From positions 4,290,001-4,322,000 of the forward strand of contig NZ_LN831024.1 in NCBI RefSeq assembly GCF_001457615.1: a stretch of DNA of 32,000 nt, in the 5' to 3' direction. Below the pieces are notes generated by a model. The model saw only the letters and a program-made list of their open reading frames with translations, was not told the origin of the DNA and made no database searches. Made by a program: the position numbers and the translations under genes. Below, piece by piece: positions 1 to 8,700 of this stretch (positions are counted from its first letter, which is position 1; every line of letters starts with the position of its first letter). The DNA comes from Pseudomonas aeruginosa (GTDB lineage: Bacteria; Pseudomonadota; Gammaproteobacteria; Pseudomonadales; Pseudomonadaceae).

Positions 1-123
1 TCGAACCGAAGGCGCATGCCGGCGGGCCGCTGCTGGCGGCCGGCAAGCCGCGTTGAAACCTCGCCGAACCACCGCCCGGCGCCAGGCGTGCCGGGCCAAT
101 CCCTAGCGAACAAGGAACCGCCT

Positions 124-777
124 ATGCCACTTGCCCTCTTCGACCTCGACGACACCCTGATCGACGGCGACTGCGCGACCCTCTGGGGGCGCTACATGAC
201 CGAACTGGGCTGGGTCGAGAAGACCGCCTTCCTGCACCAGGAACGCCACCTCATGGAACTCTATGCCGAGGGCCGGCTGGCCATGGAGGACTACATGGAC
301 TTCAGCCTGGCGCCCATCGCCGGCCGCACCCCGGCGGAGATCGCCGGCGCCGTCGAGGATTTCGTCGCGCGGATCATAGCGCCGCGCATCCACGCCGACG
401 CCCTGCGCTGCCTGGAACGCCACCGCCAGGCCGGCGACCGCCTGCTGATCATCTCCGCCTCGGCGCACTTCCTGGTCAGCGCCATCGGCCGCCGGCTGGG
501 GGTGGACGAGGTGCTGGCGATCGACATCGAGGAGCGCGACGGCCTCTACACCGGGCGCACCCGCGGCACCCTCACCTACCGCGAGGGCAAGGTCCGTCGC
601 CTCGACGCCTGGCTGGCCCAGGAGGGCGAGACGCTGGCCGGCGCGACCTTCTATTCCGACTCGCGCAACGACCTGCCGCTGCTCTCGCGGGTCGACCGGC
701 CGCACACGGTGAACCCCGACCCGGCGCTGCTCGGGCACGCCCGCGAGGCCGGCTGGCCGGTGCTGCAATGGCGCTGA
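124..777 (+). CDS. HAD-superfamily hydrolase, subfamily IB (SerB-like phosphatase)
   Basis: This is the inner part of ORF 16..777. The ATG at 124 is preceded by AAGGA. HAD motif I 'LFDLDDTLIDGD' lies at the N-terminus, followed by 'LLIISAS' and 'YSDSRNDLPLL'. The 36 codons upstream are R/P-rich and look non-coding. Confidence 0.8.
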   Translation: MPLALFDLDDTLIDGDCATLWGRYMTELGWVEKTAFLHQERHLMELYAEGRLAMEDYMDFSLAPIAGRTPAEIAGAVEDFVARIIAPRIHADALRCLERHRQAGDRLLIISASAHFLVSAIGRRLGVDEVLAIDIEERDGLYTGRTRGTLTYREGKVRRLDAWLAQEGETLAGATFYSDSRNDLPLLSRVDRPHTVNPDPALLGHAREAGWPVLQWR

Positions 778-858
778 GAAGGCGCGCCGCGCTATACCGC
801 CGGCGGCCCGGAAGCATTACCCTGTAGCCCCCCGGAGCCCCAGCGGAGAAGCGTCGAT

Positions 859-1575
859 ATGCGCGACGAGCCGTCCCGACCCCTGACGGTGATCTACCAG
901 TCCCTGCGCGAGCAGATCGAGCGCGGCCTGCTCGCGCGCGGCAGCAAGCTGCCCAGCGAACGGCAGTTGAGCGAGCTGTTCTCGACCACCCGCATCACCC
1001 TGCGCGAGGCGCTCGGCCAGTTGGAGGACCAGGGCCTGATCTACCGCGAGGAACGCCGCGGCTGGTTCGTCTCGCCGCAGCGGCTGCTGTACAACCCGCT
1101 GGTGCGCAGCCACTTCCACGCGATGGTCGCCGACCAGGGCCGGGTGCCGGAGACCGAGGTGCTCGGCGCGGCGATGATCCCGGCCAGCGTCGACATCTGC
1201 CAGCGCCTGGAGCTGCCGGCGCTGTCGCGGGTGTTCCAGATCCGCCGGGCGCGGCGGGTCGACGGGCGGCTGGTGCTGTACGTCGAGCACTACCTGAATC
1301 CCGCCTACTTTCCCGGCATCGAGCGCTTCGACCTGACTCGCTCGCTGACCGATCTCTACGCCAACCACTACGGCATCCGCTACGGCCGGGTGCGCTTCGA
1401 GATGGTCCCGACCATCCTCCCGGCGGAAGCCGCCGGGCCGCTGCGGGTTTCGGTGGGCAGCCCGGCGCTGCAGATCGTGCGGGTCAACCGCGACCAGGCG
1501 GGCCGCCTGATCGACTGCGACCTGGAGTACTGGCGCCACGACGCGCTACAGGTCAACGTCGAGGTGCCCGAGTAG
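859..1575 (+). CDS. GntR-family transcriptional regulator (HutC subfamily, UTRA effector domain)
   Basis: The N-terminal winged helix 'LPSERQLSELFSTTRITLREALGQLEDQGLIYRE' is a GntR signature. The C-terminal ~150 aa has the length and pattern of a UTRA domain. GGAGAA lies upstream of the ATG. Confidence 0.85.
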   Translation: MRDEPSRPLTVIYQSLREQIERGLLARGSKLPSERQLSELFSTTRITLREALGQLEDQGLIYREERRGWFVSPQRLLYNPLVRSHFHAMVADQGRVPETEVLGAAMIPASVDICQRLELPALSRVFQIRRARRVDGRLVLYVEHYLNPAYFPGIERFDLTRSLTDLYANHYGIRYGRVRFEMVPTILPAEAAGPLRVSVGSPALQIVRVNRDQAGRLIDCDLEYWRHDALQVNVEVPE

Positions 1576-1740
1576 CGCTCCGCGGTCCTGTTCCTGGCGC
1601 ATGCATGACCGCCTGGCGGGTTTCCCGCCGCTTCCAGCGCATTGGTCGACCGCTGGGCACGCTGCGTCGACGCTGAGCGGTTGCCGCTGACGGCACGGCC
1701 TGCTAAAAGCGGCGACGACATTCGAAAATGCGATACGACC

Positions 1741-2643
1741 ATGAGCGACAGTGAAAAATCGAATAGCCGCCTGTTCGACCTCGACCTGCTCCGCGCCATC
1801 GTCACGGTGGCCGACTGCGGCAGCTTCACCACTGCCGCCGCGCGCCTGCACTCGACCCAGTCGACCGTCAGCCAGAAGGTTCGCCGCTTGGAGGAAATGG
1901 CCGGACACCGCCTGCTGGAGCGCGGCAACCGCGACGTGTTGCCGACCGACGCCGGCGATACGCTGCTCGGCTATGCCCGCCGCCTGCTGGCACTGAACGA
2001 CGAACTGGCCGAGGCGCTATCCGGCGCCACGGTGGCGCTGACGGTACGTATCGGCGTGCCGGACGACTTCGCCGCCGGCCGTACCACCGAGCGACTGGCG
2101 GCCTTCAACCGGCGTTATCCACAGGTCAAGCTGGAAGTCACCAGCGGCATGAGCCGCGACCTCAGCGCCAGCTACGACCGCGGCGAACTGGACCTGGTGC
2201 TGCTCAAGCAGCGACGCGCCAGCCGCGAGGCACTGGCCTGCTGGCCGGAAAAGACATGCTGGGTGGACAGCGCCAGGAACCCCTGCATCGACCTCGACCC
2301 GCTGCCCATCGTCACCTTCCCGCCGCGCGGGGTCTACCGCGACGAGATGATCGCCGCCCTGGAAGCGGTCGGCCGGCGCTGGCACATCAGCTTCACCAGT
2401 TCCAGCCTCAGCGGTCTGCAATCGGCCATCGCCGACGGCATGGGCATCGGCCTGCTGCCGCTGCGCGCGGTGAGCGCAGGCCACGCGGTGCTGCCGAAGA
2501 ACGTCGGGCTGCCGGCGGTGGACGTGTTCGAAGTGGCGCTGCTGCACCGGCCGGCGGCGGATCCGATGGTGAAGGCGCTGGCGCGCGTGCTGTCGCGGGT
2601 GCTGGCGGAAGATACCCGGAGCCGTCCCGCATTCGAAAAATGA
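1741..2643 (+). CDS. LysR-family transcriptional regulator
   Basis: The ATG at 1741 lies inside ORF 1642..2643. It carries the LysR HTH 'FTTAAARLHSTQSTVSQKVRRLEE' followed by a typical substrate-binding domain. Confidence 0.85.
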   Translation: MSDSEKSNSRLFDLDLLRAIVTVADCGSFTTAAARLHSTQSTVSQKVRRLEEMAGHRLLERGNRDVLPTDAGDTLLGYARRLLALNDELAEALSGATVALTVRIGVPDDFAAGRTTERLAAFNRRYPQVKLEVTSGMSRDLSASYDRGELDLVLLKQRRASREALACWPEKTCWVDSARNPCIDLDPLPIVTFPPRGVYRDEMIAALEAVGRRWHISFTSSSLSGLQSAIADGMGIGLLPLRAVSAGHAVLPKNVGLPAVDVFEVALLHRPAADPMVKALARVLSRVLAEDTRSRPAFEK

Positions 2644-2779
2644 ATATGCTGGATTCCAACATTTAATTTGTGCATGCGCCAGGCGCTGGATATCGTTGCC
2701 GTCAGCAACGGCTCGCGCCCGCCCGTTTCGCTCCGGCGGCGCGTGAGCCGGCAGCAAGACAACAACGAGGAAACGCTCC

Positions 2780-3616
2780 ATGTCCAAGTCCAGCTACTAC
2801 GCGCCGCACGGCGGGCACCCGGCACAGACCGAGCTGCTCACCGACCGGGCGATGTTCACCGAAGCCTATGCCGTGATTCCCAAGGGGGTGATGCGCGATA
2901 TCGTCACCAGCCACCTGCCGTTCTGGGACAACATGCGCATGTGGGTGATCGCCCGCCCGCTGTCCGGCTTCGCCGAGACCTTCTCGCAGTACATCGTCGA
3001 ACTGGCGCCCAACGGTGGCAGCGACAAACCGGAGCAGGATCCCAACGCCGAGGCCGTGCTGTTCGTCGTCGAGGGCGAGCTGAGCCTGACCCTGCAGGGC
3101 CAGGTCCACGCCATGCAGCCGGGCGGCTACGCCTTCATTCCGCCGGGCGCCGACTACAAGGTGCGCAATACCACCGGCCAGCACACCCGCTTCCACTGGA
3201 TCCGCAAGCACTACCAGAAGGTCGACGGCGTACCGCTGCCGGAAGCCTTCGTCACCAACGAGCAGGACATCCAGCCGCTGGTGATGCCGGACACCGAAGG
3301 CCGCTGGAGCACCACCCGCTTCGTCGACATGAGCGACATGCGCCACGACATGCACGTCAACATCGTCAACTTCGAGCCGGGCGGCGTGATCCCCTTCGCC
3401 GAGACCCACGTGATGGAGCACGGCCTGTACGTGCTGGAAGGCAAGGCGGTGTACCGCCTGAACCAGGACTGGGTCGAGGTGGAGGCCGGCGACTTCATGT
3501 GGCTGCGCGCCTTCTGCCCGCAGGCCTGCTATTCGGGCGGCCCGGGGCGCTTCCGCTACCTGCTGTACAAGGATGTCAACCGGCACATGCGCCTGACTCT
3601 CAATGCGCCGCATTGA
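2780..3616 (+). CDS. Bicupin protein, (S)-ureidoglycine aminohydrolase (AllE/YlbA)-like
   Basis: The 278-aa product has two cupin barrels ('VLFVVEGELSLTLQG...GGYAFIPPG' and 'HGLYVLEGKAVYRL...AGDFMWL'). It resembles YlbA/AllE-family proteins from memory. GAGGA lies 8 nt upstream. Confidence 0.75.
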   Translation: MSKSSYYAPHGGHPAQTELLTDRAMFTEAYAVIPKGVMRDIVTSHLPFWDNMRMWVIARPLSGFAETFSQYIVELAPNGGSDKPEQDPNAEAVLFVVEGELSLTLQGQVHAMQPGGYAFIPPGADYKVRNTTGQHTRFHWIRKHYQKVDGVPLPEAFVTNEQDIQPLVMPDTEGRWSTTRFVDMSDMRHDMHVNIVNFEPGGVIPFAETHVMEHGLYVLEGKAVYRLNQDWVEVEAGDFMWLRAFCPQACYSGGPGRFRYLLYKDVNRHMRLTLNAPH

Positions 3617-3639
3617 GGGCGGGACAGGCTGAAAGGGAA

Positions 3640-3664
3640 CCCGGCGCCATGGCGCCGGGTTTTT
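3640..3664. terminator. Bidirectional rho-independent terminator between convergent genes
   Basis: A perfect 20-bp palindrome CCCGGCGCCATGGCGCCGGG (3640..3659) is followed by TTTTT. It sits between the stop at 3616 (+) and the stop at 3714 (-). Confidence 0.65.
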
Positions 3665-3713
3665 CGTTTGCGGAAGGCGCCCAGCCCTTCGTCAGCTCCG
3701 GGCGCGGAGGACT

Positions 3714-4562
3714 TCAGGGCGAACCGAACATGGCCGTCCAGTAGATTCCCGCGTCGCTCTTCGGATCGGTGGCGTAGGCCGCGCCCAGCTCGCGGTAGCC
3801 GGGGTTCATCAGGTTGGCGCAGTGGCCCGGGCTGGCCAGCCAGCCGTCGACCACCTTGTCCACCCCGTCCTGGCCGGCGGCGATGTTTTCGCCGACCAGC
3901 CCGCCGCTGTAGCCGGCCAGCTCGGCGCGGTCGCCGGGGGTGCGGCCGTCGCGGTCGAGGTGGTCGAAGAAATTGCCGTTGGCCATCGCCCGCGAATGCG
4001 CTTCGGCGGCGCCGCCAAGGGTGGCGTTCCAGGCCAGCGGCTGGGCCGCTGCGTAAGGTTTGCCACCGCACTGGCGGGCTTGCCCGCGGGCGGCATTGAT
4101 CCGTTCCAGGAGCTTCTGCCCTTCCGCCTGCCAATCGCCCATGCCACCGCGCAGCAATGGCCGGGCGAGGACGATGCGCCAGTCGCGGTCCTGGCGGCTG
4201 ACGCCGACGTCGACGAACTGCGGGTCGAGCACCACGCGACAGAAGCTTTCCTGCAGCGCCTTCATCGCCGCGCCGGCATCGCGCGGCCCGGAAAGGCTGA
4301 TCGACTGCACGTTGACCATCGGGTAGGCGGCCTGTGCCATCGCCTGCTGCAGGTCGCCGGCGGCATTCACCGGCAAGGCCAGGCGCGGGTCGGCGGCCAG
4401 CGGCGGCAGTTCGCCGCTGGCCTGCCCGCCGCAGGACTGCACCTGGCCACGGTAGGCGTTGATCGCCTCGACCAGTTGCGCCTCGTCGGCGGCACTAGCG
4501 GCCGCTGCGAGCGCCAGCCCGAGCGTCAGTACGGCCAAACGCGGGATGCTTGGGATTGCCAT
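3714..4562 (-). CDS. Secreted CAP/SCP (YkwD-like) domain protein, tandem domains
   Basis: A signal peptide 'MAIPSIPRLAVLTLGLALAAAASA' is present. The C-terminal domain has CAP motifs ('HSRAMANGNFFDHL', 'GENIAAG', 'VDGWLASPGHCANLM'), and the N-terminal half is a degenerate second copy. GAGGAG SD. Confidence 0.8.
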   Translation of the reverse strand: MAIPSIPRLAVLTLGLALAAAASAADEAQLVEAINAYRGQVQSCGGQASGELPPLAADPRLALPVNAAGDLQQAMAQAAYPMVNVQSISLSGPRDAGAAMKALQESFCRVVLDPQFVDVGVSRQDRDWRIVLARPLLRGGMGDWQAEGQKLLERINAARGQARQCGGKPYAAAQPLAWNATLGGAAEAHSRAMANGNFFDHLDRDGRTPGDRAELAGYSGGLVGENIAAGQDGVDKVVDGWLASPGHCANLMNPGYRELGAAYATDPKSDAGIYWTAMFGSP

Positions 4563-4652
4563 GGAAATCTCCTCGATCTGATGGCGCCTATGATGCGTGA
4601 TTCCGCGGCGCGCCGCCGCATTCGACCGGAACCCGGCGCCGGCGTTGCAGGC

Positions 4653-5528
4653 TCAGGCCGGCGCTTCGGCGAACGCCTCCACCAACCGCTCGATCACCGC
4701 GCGGACCCGCGCGGTGTGGCGCAGGTCCTTGTGGGTAACCATCCACACCTCGTATGGCCGGCGTCGCTCGCGCTGCGGCCAGACCCGCACCAGTCCGTCG
4801 CGCTCGCCCATGTACAGCGGCAGCTCGCAGAGTCCCAGGCCGCGCGCCAGGGCCTGGCGCACCATCATGTTGGAATTCACCGCGATGACCACCCGGCCGT
4901 CGCGGATCGGCTCGCCGCCCAGGGTCAGTTCGCGCTGGCTGTGCCAATAGGGTTCGTACATCACCAGGTCGTGGCCGCGGAAACGCTCGCCGGGCACCGG
5001 CACGCCGTTGCGCCGCAGGTAGTCCGCGGAAGCGAACAGGCCCATGGGCCAACTGGCGAGTTTTCTCAGGATCAAATCGGGATTTTCCGGCCGCAGGGTG
5101 CGAATCGCGATGTCGGTCTCGCGCTTGGGCAAGTCGACCACGGCCGAAGCGCTGTCGAGCAGCACGCGGATATCCGGGTGTTCAAGGTGCAGGCGGGCCA
5201 GGGCGGGTAGCACGAAGTCGACGGCCAGGGAGTCGGTGGTGGACAACCGCACCTCGCCGGACAGTCGGTGGTCCATCCCGCGGGTCCGCCGCAGCAACTC
5301 CAGGGCCGAGCGCTCCATCTTCTCGGCCAGTTCGAAGGCCGCCTCGCCGGCCGGGGTCAGCAGGTAGCCGGACGAGGTGCGCAGGAACAGGGTCGAGCCC
5401 AGCGCCGCCTCCAGCGACGCCAGCCGCCGGCCCACCGTGGCCTGGTCGACGTGAAGTGCGCGGGCGGCGCCGCGCAGGGTGTGCTCGCGGCAGAGCGCGA
5501 GGAAGACGCGGGTGTCGTCCCAATTCAT
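4653..5528 (-). CDS. LysR-family transcriptional regulator
   Basis: I take the internal ATG at 5528 (MNWDDTRVFLALCREHTLRGAARALHVDQATVGRRLASLE, a LysR HTH). The longer track ORF to 5792 has an R/S/T/G-rich non-coding-looking N-terminus and overlaps the divergent gene. Confidence 0.85.
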   Translation of the reverse strand: MNWDDTRVFLALCREHTLRGAARALHVDQATVGRRLASLEAALGSTLFLRTSSGYLLTPAGEAAFELAEKMERSALELLRRTRGMDHRLSGEVRLSTTDSLAVDFVLPALARLHLEHPDIRVLLDSASAVVDLPKRETDIAIRTLRPENPDLILRKLASWPMGLFASADYLRRNGVPVPGERFRGHDLVMYEPYWHSQRELTLGGEPIRDGRVVIAVNSNMMVRQALARGLGLCELPLYMGERDGLVRVWPQRERRRPYEVWMVTHKDLRHTARVRAVIERLVEAFAEAPA

Positions 5529-5538
5529 GGCGGTTGTC

Positions 5539-5558
5539 CTGATGCATTTTCGCATCAG
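5539..5558. promoter_or_regulatory. Interrupted dyad CTGATGC-N6-GCATCAG in a LysR/oxidoreductase divergent promoter
   Basis: Perfect 7-bp arms at 5539..5545 and 5552..5558 sit in AT-rich surroundings, 11 nt upstream of the LysR ATG. The position is typical of a LysR autoregulatory site. Confidence 0.4.
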
Positions 5559-5643
5559 TCTAATGAAAAAGCGCTGCGCGACCACGGCATCCGCGCTGAT
5601 TACCATGCGAACCAGGTCCGAACCACTTTCCCAGGAGCATGCG

Positions 5644-6660
5644 ATGAGCAGCACGAACCGATTTCCCGAACGAATGACCGCCATCGAGATCGCCCGGCCC
5701 GGCGGCCCCGAGGTACTGGTGGCGACCAGCCGGCCGCTGCCGACGCCCGGCCCGCGCGAGGTCCTGGTCGAAGTCCGCGCCGCCGGCGTCAACGGTCCCG
5801 ACGTGCTTCAGCGCAAGGGCGTGTACGACCCGCCGCCCGGCGCCTCGGACATTCCCGGCCTGGAGATCGCCGGCACGGTGCGGGCGGTCGGCAGCGAGGT
5901 CAGCCGCTTCGCCGTCGGCGAGGCGGTGATGGCGTTGATTCCCGGCGGCGGCTACGCGCAGTTCGCGGTGGCCGACGAGCGCACCACCCTGCACCTGCCC
6001 GACGGCCTGGGCATGGAGGAAGCGGCGGCGCTGCCGGAAACCTTCATGACCGTCTGGGTCAACCTGTTCCAGCGCGGTGGCTTCAAGGCCGGCGAGACGC
6101 TGCTGGTCCACGGTGGCGCCTCCGGCATCGGCACCACCGCGACCATGCTGGGCAAGGCCTTCGGCGCGGCGAAGATCTTCACCACGATCTCCAGCGAGGC
6201 CCAGCGCGAGGCCAGCCTGCGCCTCGGCGCCGACGTGGCGATCGACTACACCGAGCAGGACTTCGTCGAGGAAGTGCTGCGCGGCACCGAAGGTCGCGGG
6301 GTCGATGTGATCGTCGATATCGTTGCCGGCGACTATGTGACGCGGAACTACCAGGCGGCGGCGATGAACGGACGGATCGTGCAGATCGGCGTGATCAAGG
6401 GCAAGGCCGCCGAAGTCGACCTGTTCCCGATGCTGAGCAAGCGCCTGGTCCATCTTGGCTCGACCCTGCGCTCGCGAAGCCACGACGAGAAAGGCGCGAT
6501 CATCGCCGAACTGGAGCGCCAGGTCTGGCCGCATGTGCGCGCCGGCACTGTCCGGCCGCAAGTGTTCCGCACCTTCCCTCTGGAACAGGCGCGCCAGGCC
6601 CACGAACTGATGGACTCCGGCCAGCACATCGGCAAGATCGTCCTCACGTCCGCTCCCTGA
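5644..6660 (+). CDS. NAD(P)H:quinone oxidoreductase (zinc-independent MDR / PIG3-Qor family)
   Basis: The ATG at 5644 is preceded by AGGAG. MDR pattern 'EVLVEVRAAGVNGPDVLQRKGVY', Rossmann 'LVHGGASGIGTTA', and C-terminal 'GKIVL'. An alternative start at 5674 is possible. Confidence 0.85.
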   Translation: MSSTNRFPERMTAIEIARPGGPEVLVATSRPLPTPGPREVLVEVRAAGVNGPDVLQRKGVYDPPPGASDIPGLEIAGTVRAVGSEVSRFAVGEAVMALIPGGGYAQFAVADERTTLHLPDGLGMEEAAALPETFMTVWVNLFQRGGFKAGETLLVHGGASGIGTTATMLGKAFGAAKIFTTISSEAQREASLRLGADVAIDYTEQDFVEEVLRGTEGRGVDVIVDIVAGDYVTRNYQAAAMNGRIVQIGVIKGKAAEVDLFPMLSKRLVHLGSTLRSRSHDEKGAIIAELERQVWPHVRAGTVRPQVFRTFPLEQARQAHELMDSGQHIGKIVLTSAP

Positions 6661-6666
6661 GGCCGC

Positions 6667-7398
6667 TCAGACCTCGATATCGCCCAGGCGCAGCGCCCGC
6701 GCCACCGCCTGGGCGGTGGACGCCGCGCCGAGACGGCGGCGGGCGGCACGCAGGTGATTCTCCACGGTGCGCTCGGAAATCATCAGGATCGCCGCCACCT
6801 CCGCCTGCTGCTTGCCCAGGGCGATCCATTGCAGGACTTCCCGCTCGCGCTCGCTGAGCGCTTGCGCATCGCCCGCCGACACAGGGCCGCGCAGGCGCTT
6901 CAGGGCGAAGAACAGGATCGGGCAGAAGGCCTGGGCGGCGAGCTTGCAACCGGCATTCAGGTCCAGCCGCTCGCCGGCGAAAGACACCGCGCCCTCCAGA
7001 CCGTTGCGGCCGAACACCGGCACCTGCATGCCATTGACCTGGCCGAGGTCGCGGACCCCACGGACGATGCGGTAGGTCATGCGCTCGGGATCCTCCGAGG
7101 GGCTCTTCGACCAGAAGAACGGCTCGTCCAGCTCGAGGATGTGCCGGGTGACCGGACAGTGCAGAAGATAGGCGTCGCGCTCCTGGGCGCTGCGCCCTTC
7201 GGCCCAGTCGCCATGGACGAAGAACAGCTCGTCGATCAGTTCGTCCTCGTCGGGGCGGGGGAACAGGCTGCAGACGATCACCCGGTCGAAGCCCAGGCGT
7301 GCGGCGAACTCCACCATCTCGCGGCAGACCGCCTCGGTGGTAGCGGCCTTGCGCAGCCGGGCGACGCTGTCGAAGAGAAGGCTGGCGTAGTCGGTCAT
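6667..7398 (-). CDS. LuxR-family regulator: LasR/RhlR-like receptor domain plus GerE-type HTH (orphan, no synthase nearby)
   Basis: I take the internal ATG at 7398 (MTDYASLL...). The C-terminus '[44 protein letters not shown]' is a LuxR HTH. By hand, the N-terminal ~170 aa aligns with LasR ('[16 protein letters not shown]' vs 'DPTVSHCTQSVLPIFW'; '[16 protein letters not shown]' vs 'MPLHGARGELGALSLS'). Confidence 0.85.
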   Translation of the reverse strand: MTDYASLLFDSVARLRKAATTEAVCREMVEFAARLGFDRVIVCSLFPRPDEDELIDELFFVHGDWAEGRSAQERDAYLLHCPVTRHILELDEPFFWSKSPSEDPERMTYRIVRGVRDLGQVNGMQVPVFGRNGLEGAVSFAGERLDLNAGCKLAAQAFCPILFFALKRLRGPVSAGDAQALSEREREVLQWIALGKQQAEVAAILMISERTVENHLRAARRRLGAASTAQAVARALRLGDIEV

Positions 7399-7453
7399 GG
7401 AGCGGACGTTCCTGGCTTTTTCCGCATGATCCCCGGCTTGCCGGCAAAAGCCC

Positions 7454-7504
7454 ATAGGGGAAAACCCTCAGGCGACCGATCGTGGGTTAGGGGATTTCCC
7501 CTAT
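7454..7504. promoter_or_regulatory. Three copies of a TAGGGGA element: a 16-bp perfect palindrome plus a distal inverted half-site
   Basis: TAGGGGA-TT-TCCCCTA at 7488..7503 is a perfect palindrome. ATAGGGGAAA at 7454..7463 is the exact reverse complement of TTTCCCCTAT at 7495..7504. The elements lie between the divergent LuxR-family gene (ATG 7398) and hchA (ATG 7570). Confidence 0.45.
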
Positions 7505-7569
7505 TTCGCCGGCCGGCGACCCCGCCTATCGTCTTGGTACGACCTCCATCACGCAGAAAGGAACGAGCC

Positions 7570-8445
7570 ATGAGCAACGAGCGCGATACCAGCAGAACCC
7601 CGACGCCCGACCACGCAGAGCACAACGCGTTCTTTCCCTCGCCCTATTCCCTGAGCCAGTACACCTCGGCAAAGACCGACTTCGACGGCGCCGACTACCC
7701 GACCCCGTACAAGGGCGGCAAGAAGGTGCTGATGATCGGTACCGACGAACGCTACATCCTGATGCAGAACGGCAGCATGTTCTCCACCGGCAACCACCCG
7801 GTGGAAATGCTCCTGCCGATGTACCACCTGGACAAGGCCGGCTTCGAGTTCGATGTCGCCACGCTCTCCGGCAACCCGGTGAAGCTGGAGATGTGGGCGA
7901 TGCCCGGTGAGGACGAGGCGGTGAAGAGCATCTACGCGAAGTACCTGCCCAAGCTGAAAGCGCCGCGGAAGCTCGCCGACCTCCTGGAGCAGGCCGTCGC
8001 CGACGACTCGCCGTACGCCGCGGTGTTCGTTCCCGGCGGCCACGGCGTGCTGGCGGGCATTCCGCACAGCCGGGAGGTGAAACGGCTGCTCAATGCCTTC
8101 CTCGCCAAGGACCGCTACATCATCACCCTTTGCCACGGTCCGGCCTGCCTGCTGGCACCGGCGGTCGACGAGAAGCCGGAGGACTACCCGTTCAAGGGCT
8201 ACGAGATCTGCGTGTTCCCCGACGCCCTGGACACCGGCGCCAACCTGGAGATCGGCTACATGCCCGGTCCCCTGCCCTGGCTGGTGGGCGAGAACCTGCA
8301 GAAGCTCGGGGTGAAGATCCTCAACAAGGGCATCACCGGCCAGGTCCACCGCGACCGCAAGCTGCTCACCGGCGACAGCCCGCTGGCCTCCAACAACCTT
8401 GGCAAGCTGGCCGCCAAGACCCTTCTCGAAGCGTTCGCCCGCTGA
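7570..8445 (+). CDS. hchA: Hsp31-type glyoxalase III / protein deglycase HchA (DJ-1/PfpI superfamily)
   Basis: The ATG at 7570 is preceded by AAGGAA. The product is near-colinear with E. coli HchA as I remember it ('[14 protein letters not shown]', 'FSTGNHP.E.LLP.YHL..AGFEF', nucleophile elbow 'LCHGPA', 'KLLTGDSP'). The upstream 272 codons of the track ORF are antisense to the LuxR gene. Confidence 0.92.
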   Translation: MSNERDTSRTPTPDHAEHNAFFPSPYSLSQYTSAKTDFDGADYPTPYKGGKKVLMIGTDERYILMQNGSMFSTGNHPVEMLLPMYHLDKAGFEFDVATLSGNPVKLEMWAMPGEDEAVKSIYAKYLPKLKAPRKLADLLEQAVADDSPYAAVFVPGGHGVLAGIPHSREVKRLLNAFLAKDRYIITLCHGPACLLAPAVDEKPEDYPFKGYEICVFPDALDTGANLEIGYMPGPLPWLVGENLQKLGVKILNKGITGQVHRDRKLLTGDSPLASNNLGKLAAKTLLEAFAR

Positions 8446-8457
8446 TTCCCCGCCGCG

Positions 8458-8482
8458 CCCCGTCCGTGCCCCACGGACGGGG
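8458..8482 (+). terminator. GC-rich hairpin downstream of hchA (possible terminator, no U-tract)
   Basis: CCCCGTCCGT (8458..8467), loop GCCCC, ACGGACGGGG (8473..8482), starting 13 nt after the hchA stop. No T-run follows, so terminator function is uncertain. Confidence 0.4.
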
Positions 8483-8700
8483 ACATCTCCCGTTCGTCCC
8501 GGCGTCATCGAACTTAAACCGGCCTGGCGCAGCATCGTCCTTCAGGAAGAGGAATGGCGCGTTGCCCGACGCCGTCCGGCGAAAGACGAATCGATGACCG
8601 CACAGAAAGAAAACTCTGACAGCACACCGACTAGTCGTCCTCCCTTCCCGCCGTTACGGTTCCGGGCTTGCGCACAAAGCCGAACCCAAGGGGGCCCCTC

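Noticed and set aside
3822-5210. A 462-aa ORF on the plus strand.
   Set aside because: It runs antisense across two recognisable genes (the CAP-domain protein and a LysR regulator). Its translation is an A/G/R/V/P-rich low-complexity string with no motif. This is a typical high-GC shadow ORF.
5268-6857. A 529-aa plus-strand ORF. The 434-aa minus-strand ORF at 11919..13223 is a similar case.
   Set aside because: They are alternate-frame or antisense overlaps of the quinone oxidoreductase and of rhlC/fosA. The translations are dominated by R, P, G and A.
6754-7569. A 272-codon upstream extension of the hchA frame. The 229-codon extension of the PQQ dehydrogenase frame (31242..31928) is a similar case.
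   Set aside because: These extensions are antisense to, or an alternate frame of, the LuxR-family gene and the C39-like gene. The true starts have an SD. For the dehydrogenase there is a signal peptide, and the HchA N-terminus matches E. coli HchA.
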